Source: Pseudobdellovibrionaceae bacterium (GTDB lineage Bacteria; Bdellovibrionota; Bdellovibrionia; Bdellovibrionales; Bdellovibrionaceae). From it: a DNA stretch of 62,773 bases. The number at the start of each line of letters is the position of its first letter. Within the stretch, counting starts at the first letter, position 1. Positions 40,393 through 49,745 of the stretch are shown piece by piece. The DNA is taken from the NCBI GenBank assembly GCA_044359815.1, contig JBIKLL010000009.1, forward strand, positions 1 to 62,773, read 5' to 3'. Position numbers and translations under genes: made by a program. Below the pieces are notes generated by a model. That model worked only from the letters and a program-made list of their open reading frames with translations. It did not search any database and was not told the origin of the DNA.

Positions 40393-40696
40393 CCGTATTA
40401 CTTTTTCTGTCTACAGCGCAGAATTGAAATCGAAAACCTAGAAAACCAAAATGCCACTTATAAATCTAATTTTACTTTGCAATCTTAAAAACTCAAACAG
40501 CGGGCGCAAAGCTGCGCGCATTTAAGTGCTGAAAGCATGTAAGTCATCCGCGCAGCTTCGCGTCCGAACTCGTTTTTAAAACTGCAAAGTAAAATTAGAT
40601 TTATAAGTGGCAACTTGGTTTTTTAATCTTTAAGACTTTTTATTCTGCGCTGTAGACAGAAAAAGTAATACGGTCACTTTTGACGGTCACTTTTGC
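40384..40696. repeat. Family B palindromic element, full copy
   Basis: Perfect 41-bp terminal IR 40384-40424/40642-40682, perfect 30-bp middle arms 40452-40481/40583-40612, core 40480-40584, 13-nt terminal duplication 40683-40695. Confidence 0.93.
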
Positions 40697-41403
40697 GACA
40701 GAAATTCTTTTTCGATTTTTAATAAGCCCAAGGCAATGGATTGGCTTAAGGCCGCTATTTTTGCAGAATTGGCGCTGTTTGGTTTTTCACAAACAGGTTC
40801 GATTTCAACCACGGATTTTTGAAACTCATCTAATGCGGGATGTAGCTCTGTTGCAAAAGCCGATTGTGATCTTTCCAGAAAATATCCCAGACTCCAGGCG
40901 GTTTCACCAAATTTGGACAGCAAATAACAACGTTCATAGTCTGAACTGGTTGATTCAGTCACTGCAGACAGTTTTTCAACAATCGAATGCAGGATTGATA
41001 ATTTTAAATCTTTATACAGCAGCCAGCCCAAGACTCCCTTTAAACTGGCGATTTTAAATCCGCAAGAGGCAACGTAAATTTCGTCATTGTGAAAGATGCC
41101 CTCGTTGATCGGACTATCCAAATAAATTGGAGTCGTCATCGAAAATTGTTTTCCCTCAGAATTAAAATAATAAACGACCTGACTGAATGCAAAAATCACT
41201 TGGATGTTAAGCCCTGGTACAGCCTGATCCCAATTGATAACGGAACTTTGTTTAAAAACATTTATTTCTTCAGTGTGTTTTGCGATCACCTGGTGTTCTT
41301 GTGAGCTGTCTTTGGATCTTTTTTGCAATTCGCAAACAATCGAATCCTGGCCCAATGAAAATTCACCCATCAGCAGAATGATCAAAACTAAAATACTTTT
41401 CAT
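40687..41403 (-). CDS. Secreted hypothetical protein
   Basis: Signal peptide MKSILVLIILL, G-rich SD; no recognised motif. Confidence 0.7.
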   Translation of the reverse strand: MKSILVLIILLMGEFSLGQDSIVCELQKRSKDSSQEHQVIAKHTEEINVFKQSSVINWDQAVPGLNIQVIFAFSQVVYYFNSEGKQFSMTTPIYLDSPINEGIFHNDEIYVASCGFKIASLKGVLGWLLYKDLKLSILHSIVEKLSAVTESTSSDYERCYLLSKFGETAWSLGYFLERSQSAFATELHPALDEFQKSVVEIEPVCEKPNSANSAKIAALSQSIALGLLKIEKEFLSQK

Positions 41404-41419
41404 TTTTATGTCCCCTTGA

Positions 41420-41773
41420 TTAAGCTTTTTTAACAAATTCTGATTTTAAATTAATCGAGCCAATCCCATCAATTTTACAAGCGATATCATGTCCATCGCC
41501 ACCGTCGGCCAATCTGATGTTTTTAACTTTAGTGCCGACCTTCACCACAGATGATGAGCCTTTGATTTTAAGTTCTTTGACGACGGTGACAGAATCCCCA
41601 GTGGCCAAAACATTTCCGAAGGCATCTTTGATAACACTGGAATCAATGCCAGCGGAGGCATCTGATTGGGATGCGGGTGAATCTGTCCATTCGTTAAAGC
41701 ATTCGGGGCAGGTCCATAAATCGCGGTCTTGGTAAATATTGGGGCTTTGGCATTTGGGGCATTTGCTAGGCAT
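41420..41773 (-). CDS. yjdM: PhnA/YjdM zinc-ribbon protein
   Basis: CPKC...[34 protein letters not shown]. Confidence 0.93.
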   Translation of the reverse strand: MPSKCPKCQSPNIYQDRDLWTCPECFNEWTDSPASQSDASAGIDSSVIKDAFGNVLATGDSVTVVKELKIKGSSSVVKVGTKVKNIRLADGGDGHDIACKIDGIGSINLKSEFVKKA

Positions 41774-41859
41774 CAGGAAAGCCTACTCAAAAATGGCCTG
41801 AATAAAAAGAACTGAGTTTCAATTACGCTCTGTAGTCAGGATAGCTGACACAGTCTTGT

Positions 41860-42528
41860 TTAAGGGGCAACCTCCAGCCAGATTTCATTGCGCCTTAAAA
41901 ACCATAACTGAAAGGGTGAATTAAACCTGGCTAAAATAGGTTCTCCGACGGTTTTAATATTTTGTTTTAATAGCTCGGCAGTGAACGCAGATAGTTTTTC
42001 GTTGTAACGACTTTCAGACCATGAACCAGAATAGCTATAAACCGCGACCTTGCGTGCAGGAATTGTTCGCAATTGAACCCTGGAATCGTTGGGCGATGGC
42101 AGGGTTTCCATGGTATAGCCCTCTGGCATAGTAAACTGAACCAGTTGTCCTTTGGCATCTTTGCTTTGGCTCACGGGTGCTGTCATCGCGATTTTTTCTG
42201 AACCCGCAGTTTGTGATACAGGGGCAGTCATCGCAATTTTAGTTTTTGATTTGTTATTGCCAAAAATATAATCGGCTAAAATCCTGAAAGCTTTATTGCC
42301 GGCGTCTTCAAAATTTGCATCAACCAAGGTTTCGGCAACTATGGTTGGGCCATAAAAACGAATTTCAATATTTTCATATTTTTTTTCAACGGTGTATTTG
42401 GGTTCTTCGACAGCCATGGCGCCTCCTGAAAACATTGTTAGCAACACAAGCACGACCCATTTGCTGTGCGACCGTGTCCAGTCCCAACACGGATAGCTGT
42501 TTGTCCTCCAAAAATCTGGCTTAAGCAA
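41860..42528 (-). CDS. SOUL heme-binding protein; start uncertain
   Basis: AFRILADYIFGNN, KIAMTAPV twice, FLRRNEI. Confidence 0.92.
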   Translation of the reverse strand: MLKPDFWRTNSYPCWDWTRSHSKWVVLVLLTMFSGGAMAVEEPKYTVEKKYENIEIRFYGPTIVAETLVDANFEDAGNKAFRILADYIFGNNKSKTKIAMTAPVSQTAGSEKIAMTAPVSQSKDAKGQLVQFTMPEGYTMETLPSPNDSRVQLRTIPARKVAVYSYSGSWSESRYNEKLSAFTAELLKQNIKTVGEPILARFNSPFQLWFLRRNEIWLEVAP

Positions 42529-42949
42529 AGTGCAACTCCATTTTCAGTTCAGTTTTTACAGAATTCAGAATAAATCCAGATTTGAAGGCTTTGTCGGCAA
42601 TTGTTTTGACTCTGTCGGGACTTTCACAGCCTTCAATCACTACATGCAGCAGGCATATTTTCATGACGGGTTTTTTTGACTCGTCCAAATCGGTGATAAG
42701 TTCTGTTTTGACCCCTAAATGTTTAAAGCTGATTTTTGATTTTTCTGCATAGACCTTAAAGGTCGCAATAAAACAACTGGTCAGCGCCTGAGCAAACAGG
42801 TCCTCTGGTGACAGAGCCCCGCCGGGGCCTTCAAATTCTGTCGGTACAGCACAGTTTGTGGTGAAATTTTGGCTTTCGATCTGCCAGCCAGAATTAATTC
42901 CTTGATGGGATTCGGCCTTTGCAAAAAATGAAATGGGATATTTAATCAT
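42521..42949 (-). CDS. OsmC/Ohr family protein
   Basis: PTEFEGPG, SPEDLF, SCFIAT, ILNSVK. Confidence 0.85.
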   Translation of the reverse strand: MIKYPISFFAKAESHQGINSGWQIESQNFTTNCAVPTEFEGPGGALSPEDLFAQALTSCFIATFKVYAEKSKISFKHLGVKTELITDLDESKKPVMKICLLHVVIEGCESPDRVKTIADKAFKSGFILNSVKTELKMELHFA

Positions 42950-43343
42950 GTTTGATCTCACAGTAGGGGCTATTGGAACAATCAGCTTTCCGTCTGGGCA
43001 AATAGGGTCTGATCACAACAAAAAATTTGTAACCGGCTTCCAATATAGAGCGCACAGATTTTCTGTCGGACAATCGATGCAAAAACTGATATCTGGGAAG
43101 CTCTTTCCAAATCGCACGAAAGGCATCCACGCCCTGGCGAAGGACTCCATCTGTGTCCCGCACATGCATCACCTTGTGGGCCAGAAAGGGGTCGATCCCA
43201 TGGTCCTCGGCCTTGAAATCAGCCTGAGTGATGTCCACAAACTCAAATTTATTTGCGCCAGTCTGTTTGCGGTAATGATTGATTTCGGTCGAGCAGGCGA
43301 TGCAAAGTCCATCGTAATAAATTGCTCCTGTTTGCAGATTCAT
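42942..43343 (-). CDS. DCC1-like thiol-disulfide oxidoreductase (DUF393)
   Basis: YYDGLCIAC, GVDAFRAIW. Confidence 0.88.
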   Translation of the reverse strand: MNLQTGAIYYDGLCIACSTEINHYRKQTGANKFEFVDITQADFKAEDHGIDPFLAHKVMHVRDTDGVLRQGVDAFRAIWKELPRYQFLHRLSDRKSVRSILEAGYKFFVVIRPYLPRRKADCSNSPYCEIKHD

Positions 43344-43355
43344 ATTGCACCTCCG

Positions 43356-43383
43356 ATATAGTTCATAGTAGTATGAACTATAT
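43356..43383. promoter_or_regulatory. Palindromic operator between divergent genes
   Basis: atatagttcata-gtag-tatgaactatat, a perfect 12-bp inverted repeat. Confidence 0.75.
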
Positions 43384-43858
43384 GAAAAAGCAAGTTTTAA
43401 ATCAGGTAAATGCTCTGGCGGACGGTGTGGGACAGTTTATACGCTACTGGGGCTTTCGTAAAATCCACGGCCAGATCTGGGCTCTGGTTTATTTATCCAG
43501 CGAGCCACTGTCTGGTATTGAGATGGGTCAAACCCTTGGTGTTTCAAAAGCACTGATAAGTCCTGCGCTAAAAGAGCTTGAGGCCGAGGGGCTTATCAAG
43601 CAGATTCCAAGCGAAAATGCCAAAACCAAAAGATACATCGCAGAAGAAGACGTCATGGCAATCATCCATGGGGTTTTAAAGCGAAGGGAAATTCCGATGC
43701 TGCTGAAGATCCAAAAAAGCTATGATGTCTTGGCCCAAAAAGCCGTGCCGGGGGATGGAATAGATCTGAACCGGATGCAAAGTGTGGGGTTGATGATCCA
43801 GATGGCGCAACTGGGTTTGGTTGGTTTATTGGATTCTGAAAACCTGTGGGGTGATTGA
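43373..43858 (+). CDS. GbsR/MarR-like wHTH transcriptional regulator (start 43373 or 43382)
   Basis: WGFRKIHGQIWALVYLS, LGVSKALISPALKEL. Confidence 0.85.
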   Translation: MNYMKKQVLNQVNALADGVGQFIRYWGFRKIHGQIWALVYLSSEPLSGIEMGQTLGVSKALISPALKELEAEGLIKQIPSENAKTKRYIAEEDVMAIIHGVLKRREIPMLLKIQKSYDVLAQKAVPGDGIDLNRMQSVGLMIQMAQLGLVGLLDSENLWGD

Positions 43859-43912
43859 GTCATGCAAACAAGCAAAAAAACAAAGTTTAAAAAAATAAAA
43901 GGCGAATTTAAA

Positions 43913-44176
43913 ATGGACAATACTGCGTATCAAGTAGGCGACAAAGTTCAGTGGAAATGGCTGGGGCGACCAATTGTTGGAACTGTTGAACAGATTTTTA
44001 CGGACACAGTTATTCAAGAAATCAAAGGCAAACAGATCAAACGAAAAGGCTCGCAGGACAATCCGGCTTATCTGGTAAAATCCGCAGCCGGAAATCTGGC
44101 CCTTAAATTACAATCTGAGCTTGTGCCATCAAGCACAAATCACCCTGCTTCCGTGGTTCCGAAAATGTTCAGCTGA
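43913..44176 (+). CDS. HVA1/DUF2945-like small protein
   Basis: GDKVQWKW, KRKGSQDNPAYLVKS. Confidence 0.8.
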   Translation: MDNTAYQVGDKVQWKWLGRPIVGTVEQIFTDTVIQEIKGKQIKRKGSQDNPAYLVKSAAGNLALKLQSELVPSSTNHPASVVPKMFS

Positions 44177-44257
44177 CAGCACAGGTCCAGATCTTTGGGC
44201 GAATCCTATTCTTTTTAAATATAATTTAATAATGTTATAAAAAAAGAGGAGTTTTTT

Positions 44258-44656
44258 ATGAGGATATTAGTGTTTTTGGTTGCTTTTGCTTTTTGTGGAA
44301 CTGTGTTTGCTCAAATCCCATCTGATTGTCAAAAATGTCTGTCTGAGTGCCCCCATGATTCAAAAGATTTAAAACCCTGTGATCGCGGTTGCAAAAATCT
44401 ATGTTCAGATGAACAAGTAGCTGAATGGAACAATGTTCAGGTTGAAAAAAATAAAACCAAGAAATGTTACGAATGCATGTCTGAGTGTCCACATAAAACC
44501 AAAGATCTAAAGTCATGCGATAAAGGTTGTGCTGATGACTGTGATCGTGATTCGTTGGTCGGCGCGTTTGCAAAGCTAAATGGTGATTTTAAAAAATGCT
44601 CAGACTCCAGCGGGAAAAAAACAAAAGACAAAATCAGTAAGGGTGTTAAGCAGTAA
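44258..44656 (+). CDS. Small secreted Cys-rich protein with an internal duplication
   Basis: AGGAG SD, signal peptide, two CxxCxSECPHxxKDLKxCDxGCxxxC units. Confidence 0.75.
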   Translation: MRILVFLVAFAFCGTVFAQIPSDCQKCLSECPHDSKDLKPCDRGCKNLCSDEQVAEWNNVQVEKNKTKKCYECMSECPHKTKDLKSCDKGCADDCDRDSLVGAFAKLNGDFKKCSDSSGKKTKDKISKGVKQ

Positions 44657-44674
44657 CAAACTGTCTGGTTACAT

Positions 44675-47191
44675 TTAAAAGTATTGTGTTTCATCAATGA
44701 TCCATCGCATGTTTCGATCTTCGTCTTTTCCTAATTTAAGCAGTACATCTTGAATTATTGGATCTTGCGAGTTGCTGGCTCTGAGTGCTCTGGTGGCAAT
44801 ACTGCTAATATTTAAGTCCGCATCATATACTCGTGAAAGCAAAGCTTTCAGTATTCTTGGGTCTTGCGATTTTCTATTTCCAAGTGTTTTGGTTGCTGAA
44901 AAGCGAATGTATTGATGGGGATCCTTTGTCGAAATAAGCAGAGCTTCCAAAACTCTTGGATCTCGCGAATTTGAAATTGCCATGGATCTGAGTGCTGCTA
45001 ATCTTACTTCGTTATCACTATCTATCATCGCATCAAGCAGAGCTTCGATTATTCTAGAATCTTGTGATTTCCATTCTCCAAGAAATATTATTGCGTTCCT
45101 GCGAACAACACGTTCACTTTTATCTTTGAATGCAACAAGCATTGCCTCCAAAACCCTTGGATCCTGCGATTTGCTATTTCCAAGTATCCAGCATGCTTGC
45201 ACTCGGTTGGTTCCATCTCTATCCTTCATCGCCACCAGCAAAGCGTCCATAACTCTTGGATGTTCGGTTCCAAATGCGCCAAGTCCTACGATGGCCATAA
45301 AGCGATCTTGTGGTAAATTGCCTTTCGCAATAGCCAGCAGGGCTTCCAATACTCTTGTGTCTTGAAATTTGATTTCTCCGATTGCTCTTAATGCCGTCGC
45401 GCGAACAATGCCGTCGCTATCTTTAGTTGCATCGAGCATTGCCTCAAACACTCTTGGGTCCTGTGATTTGCTATTCCTAAGTTCATTGGTAGCCGTCTCT
45501 CGAACACGATCACTATAATCCTTCATCGCAGCTAGAAACACTTCCATAACACTGTCGTTTAAAATGATAAACTCACTCAGCAGACGCAATGCTCTTACTT
45601 GGGTTTGCTGGGTTTTTGAATAATCGTAACTACGGCCAGAAGTCTTTATCAGATCAACAAATCTTGTCCTGCTTGAAAAATTTGATTTTCTCTTTTGGGC
45701 ACTTGGATTTCCGCCAAGAGCTAAATTTTTTAAAAGATCGATATCTTCAGGATGCTCATTAAGCCGTTGCTTAATAATCCCGTCGATTCTGGGATCTCGG
45801 CCATATCCAAAACCCTCGATATTGCCATTGATTTCGTATATAAATTCAATTTCTTGATGACTGAGGGGCTTTTGGTTTTTGTGCTTTTTCTCAATGGCTG
45901 TCAGCATTTTCATATCGGCATCTTTTTTTAAATAGATTTTTCCCTCATTTCCAAAATCCTTTAATTTATCTTTTAAAATATTTGTTTTCGCAATTTCACC
46001 ATCAAGCTCTTGTGACCGTTCAACACCCCGAATTTCTCCGATTTTTGTATTTTCCATTCGGATCGCGATGCGTGGATGTGCGGGTTCCCCGGTAACATCG
46101 TTGCTATAATAAACATAAAAATCACCACGCATCAGCTGCGATTCCGCTGTTGCTGTCCCTGCCGTGCACCAACCTGTGCCCCTATTGGCCAGGGAATCCT
46201 CTAGCGGTTTGGGATCAGATCCCATCGGATATTTTACCCAATGGCCAGTGGTGATGGATTTATCAAAATGCTGACTAGGAAGCTGTTTGATCGCGTGGGC
46301 ATACCAATGCCCAAACTGCGCTTTGTTTTTAATGATATTGATCAATTGAGGACCTTCAGTTTGTTTTAACGTATTTTTATCCAAGGCTTCTGCAGCCCAA
46401 TCAACAACATTGGCTAAGGCCTCAATTTGCTTTAACGTATCTTTATCCAAGGCTTTTACAACCCAATCAACAACATTGGCTAAGGCCTCACGATTTAAAT
46501 CCGGAAAGGCCGCCACTGTGTCATTTGTACGCTTAGCAAAGCTGCCTTTTTCTTTATCGAATTTTCCTAATTTAACAACTCCACTGATGATCCAAACTTT
46601 CGTCCACACAGGGTACATACTTGAATCGGACGACAGCAAATAATCAATCCAGGGGGTTAATGAATCTATTTGTTCCTTTTGATGCATCCTTAATAACTGA
46701 TCGATAGCCTCTTTGGTGACAGTGATATCACCGTGTCCGCGTTCACGAGCGATTTGCTTTTGCAGTTCAATGTATTTTTCTGGTAATTCCTGGATGATAT
46801 AGGGGGCGATCATGGACTTTGTGATCTGCTCGCGCTTTTGATCATTCTTGCTCACTCGTGGATAAATGTAATTTAAATAGTCGATGTATTTTTGGAAAGC
46901 CGTCAACGGATCAGCTTCCCTTTTGCCAGAGGCATTTGCTGCAACTTCGACAACTTTTTTTTCGCTGATCAGCTTTGGGCTGGTTTCAAATAAAAACCTT
47001 GCCTGGTCCCTGTTGGTGCCCTCGGCAAATGCCCCATGGCATTTACTGAGTTGGGTTTGCGCGACCACTGGTGATCCCAGACCTAATAAAATCACAACCT
47101 GTGACATTGTGACCAAAATTGTTCGACACCTGTTATTTAACAACAAATTAAACCTCAGTAAAATGAATCTAAACCATGCTAAAACGCTCAA
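44675..47191 (-). CDS. Large hypothetical protein: conserved 'GTGWCTAG' domain plus C-terminal HEAT repeats
   Basis: GTGWCTAG...FYVYYS...PRIAIRM...EIRG; about eight SQDPRVLEAL...D.D..VR repeats. Confidence 0.75.
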   Translation of the reverse strand: MSVLAWFRFILLRFNLLLNNRCRTILVTMSQVVILLGLGSPVVAQTQLSKCHGAFAEGTNRDQARFLFETSPKLISEKKVVEVAANASGKREADPLTAFQKYIDYLNYIYPRVSKNDQKREQITKSMIAPYIIQELPEKYIELQKQIARERGHGDITVTKEAIDQLLRMHQKEQIDSLTPWIDYLLSSDSSMYPVWTKVWIISGVVKLGKFDKEKGSFAKRTNDTVAAFPDLNREALANVVDWVVKALDKDTLKQIEALANVVDWAAEALDKNTLKQTEGPQLINIIKNKAQFGHWYAHAIKQLPSQHFDKSITTGHWVKYPMGSDPKPLEDSLANRGTGWCTAGTATAESQLMRGDFYVYYSNDVTGEPAHPRIAIRMENTKIGEIRGVERSQELDGEIAKTNILKDKLKDFGNEGKIYLKKDADMKMLTAIEKKHKNQKPLSHQEIEFIYEINGNIEGFGYGRDPRIDGIIKQRLNEHPEDIDLLKNLALGGNPSAQKRKSNFSSRTRFVDLIKTSGRSYDYSKTQQTQVRALRLLSEFIILNDSVMEVFLAAMKDYSDRVRETATNELRNSKSQDPRVFEAMLDATKDSDGIVRATALRAIGEIKFQDTRVLEALLAIAKGNLPQDRFMAIVGLGAFGTEHPRVMDALLVAMKDRDGTNRVQACWILGNSKSQDPRVLEAMLVAFKDKSERVVRRNAIIFLGEWKSQDSRIIEALLDAMIDSDNEVRLAALRSMAISNSRDPRVLEALLISTKDPHQYIRFSATKTLGNRKSQDPRILKALLSRVYDADLNISSIATRALRASNSQDPIIQDVLLKLGKDEDRNMRWIIDETQYF

Positions 47192-47416
47192 TGATTTTTA
47201 GTTGCAACAACCTTACTACCAAAGCTTGCTGCCCCATCATTTTCACCTCGCTTTGAAAGATCTGCTGTAATTGGGATTCAGCTGATTAAGTTTTTGTCAC
47301 TGGCTGGCGGGTTTTGTTACTGACAGTGGGTGGATTCAATCGGTGCAGGTCATAGGGGTTTTAAGGGTCTTATATCCACCTCAACTCAGCATCCTGATTG
47401 CACCTGTACTGTCCTT

Positions 47417-49741
47417 ATGAAAAACTTAATATTCACTTTAGCGTCCCTTATATTTGCGTTTTCAGTTACAACTTTAGCCTCTGGCCAAGATCCTATGGCA
47501 GACCGGGCACAGCTGGTCGGTGAAAATTCACTGTATATCACCGAAGCCCAAGCCCAATCCATGCTGCAAAAACTGCGGACCCAATACCAGGTTTCAATCT
47601 CTGCAGATAAAGGCGCAGAAGCGTTTTTAACCAATGACCTGATTTATTTTTTGTATGATTTCTTTACTCAGGCAAAGCCTAAAAACCCTTTGCAAATAGT
47701 GGTTTCAAGATTAGCAACCGTTAAACTGGTGAGTTTTAACCAAGCGACATCGCAGATTGTTTTGTCAGCCAGCGCAGGGGATAATCTGTTTGCCACACGC
47801 CTTAAAAAAGAAGCTCGGGCCAAGGGCATTGATTTGATGTCAGAAACTGTTGAAATGCAGCTTTCGTATTCAAACGAATTGTTAAAACAGCTTTTTACGG
47901 TTTTGGATTTTAATACCAAAACAAATTTTATTGAAAGCTATTTTAAGGTTAATATCAAACCCATCGATAATACTTTTGTTGAATTTCGTGACCGAGAGCT
48001 TAATCAATTGTTTTCAGCAACAGTTGATATCCCAACCCACAGTCGCAAAGAAATGAAAATCAAACACATCAACCGCATGCTGTATGGTTTAGCAAAATTC
48101 AAAGGCGGCGGGAATGTGCTGGCAGAATACAACAAGGTCTTAGAGCAAATCAGAGTTTACGAAGCAAATTTTGAAATCAGCACTAATTTTGGAGAAGACA
48201 CCTACGCCCACGAGCTCTGCCATGCCTTATCAGCCGGCATGAATACCAAAATCAGAGATCAGTTTTATGCAATATCATGGGTGTTGGATGCAAATAACAA
48301 ATGGGAATCAAAGCCTGGTGACAGTCAGTTTGTCACCGAATATTCAACCGAATCAGCAGAAGAAGATTTTGCAGAATCTTGCGGGGCCTACATTGTCTCT
48401 GGCAAAGCTTTAAATTTTAAAGCACCTGCAAAGTACAAATTCTTAAAAGACAAGGTTTTCAGAGGCATCGAATTCAGCGATGTTTTTAATTCTTTGATTT
48501 CAGCTAACATTAAAGCCATTTTGCCCGAGGACAAGCTGCCACCCAGTATGTCCCTGCCAATTGATAAAACCTTTAAGGTTTATATTTACGAAACCAAGAC
48601 CAACGAGCTTGCCGTAGAAGTTGAAGCTTTTGGGCTGACTGACGATGTCAGTGGAATCAAGGACGTCACTGTGTTTATTGGCAAAAAATTAGATAGTCGT
48701 TTTTTAATCACGCTTAAAAAATCCGCTGGATCAAAAAGATATTTTGGTCGAAAGGTAATCGCTTTTTCTGAGGCGCCGGACGATTTTACTATCAATTCGG
48801 CTTTCTTGGAAGACGTTGCAACCAACAAGGCCTATATTCAGGTTGGTAAATTGTTTGTCCCAGCAAAGCACATTCAGGACAAAATCAACCAACATAAATC
48901 TAAGTCTGCAAGACCCGACATTAAGTTTGATTTTACCAAGGTTAAAATAAATTCAGTCCCCACTGACCAGGGCACAGTTTCGGCAGTAGAGGTTCCCATC
49001 AAACATACAGAATTGTTTGAAACAATAGTTTTTACCTTTGTAAGTCTGAAGGACAAATCAAATATTTCATTTCAAACCAGCCACAGAAAATTGTTATCAT
49101 CTGAAGTCAGTAAAAATATTTTATCCAAAGACGGGCAGAATATTAAAATCAACACTATTATACCTGCTGAAGTCCCGACTGGGGATTATGAGCTCAGTTA
49201 CGTAGGATATTATCATATGATAAAATTATCTGATGATGTGTTGCCGCCAGTGTGGACGTATCAGTTTAATAATTCTCAAATTTTTAAGTTCCAACCTGAG
49301 CCTAATTTGGTGATTCGCCACGTGGGCACTAAGGTCAAAAAAACCAATCCAGAAATCAATGCTAACAACCTAAAAATAAAATCCAAGGAAAACAATGATG
49401 GTACCGTTACAGTCAGAATAAAAGTTCCCGTCAGCAATGTCACAATGGGTGAAATCAAAGGATCAATCAAAGTCAAAGGGCCAGATGGCAGAACATTTAA
49501 CGGCACTGCCAGTTCAATCAATACTGATGGCACAATTGATTTTGATGTTCAGCTTCCACCACATTTTACGGGTGGTACATACAGTGTCGAATCCATCGAG
49601 GTCCAAGAGTTTCCAGTCATCCAGCAAGAAGATGTCGAGACACCCCGTGAAGGTGATTACCCCTTTGGCAAGACCGAGCAAATCCTGAAAGAGCGCTCGA
49701 TCAACCGCGAAATCAAAATCGAAGGACCCAAGCTGTACTAA
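47417..49741 (+). CDS. Large secreted protein with putative zinc metallopeptidase domain
   Basis: Signal peptide, YAHELCH (HExxH), FVTEYS...EDFAES, beta-rich C-terminal domains. Confidence 0.75.
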   Translation: MKNLIFTLASLIFAFSVTTLASGQDPMADRAQLVGENSLYITEAQAQSMLQKLRTQYQVSISADKGAEAFLTNDLIYFLYDFFTQAKPKNPLQIVVSRLATVKLVSFNQATSQIVLSASAGDNLFATRLKKEARAKGIDLMSETVEMQLSYSNELLKQLFTVLDFNTKTNFIESYFKVNIKPIDNTFVEFRDRELNQLFSATVDIPTHSRKEMKIKHINRMLYGLAKFKGGGNVLAEYNKVLEQIRVYEANFEISTNFGEDTYAHELCHALSAGMNTKIRDQFYAISWVLDANNKWESKPGDSQFVTEYSTESAEEDFAESCGAYIVSGKALNFKAPAKYKFLKDKVFRGIEFSDVFNSLISANIKAILPEDKLPPSMSLPIDKTFKVYIYETKTNELAVEVEAFGLTDDVSGIKDVTVFIGKKLDSRFLITLKKSAGSKRYFGRKVIAFSEAPDDFTINSAFLEDVATNKAYIQVGKLFVPAKHIQDKINQHKSKSARPDIKFDFTKVKINSVPTDQGTVSAVEVPIKHTELFETIVFTFVSLKDKSNISFQTSHRKLLSSEVSKNILSKDGQNIKINTIIPAEVPTGDYELSYVGYYHMIKLSDDVLPPVWTYQFNNSQIFKFQPEPNLVIRHVGTKVKKTNPEINANNLKIKSKENNDGTVTVRIKVPVSNVTMGEIKGSIKVKGPDGRTFNGTASSINTDGTIDFDVQLPPHFTGGTYSVESIEVQEFPVIQQEDVETPREGDYPFGKTEQILKERSINREIKIEGPKLY

Positions 49742-49745
49742 CCCT

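Noticed and set aside
40384..40696. Integron attC site reading
   Set aside because: No consistent RYYYAAC/GTTRRRY ends, too long, between convergent genes rather than tandem cassettes, and no integrase
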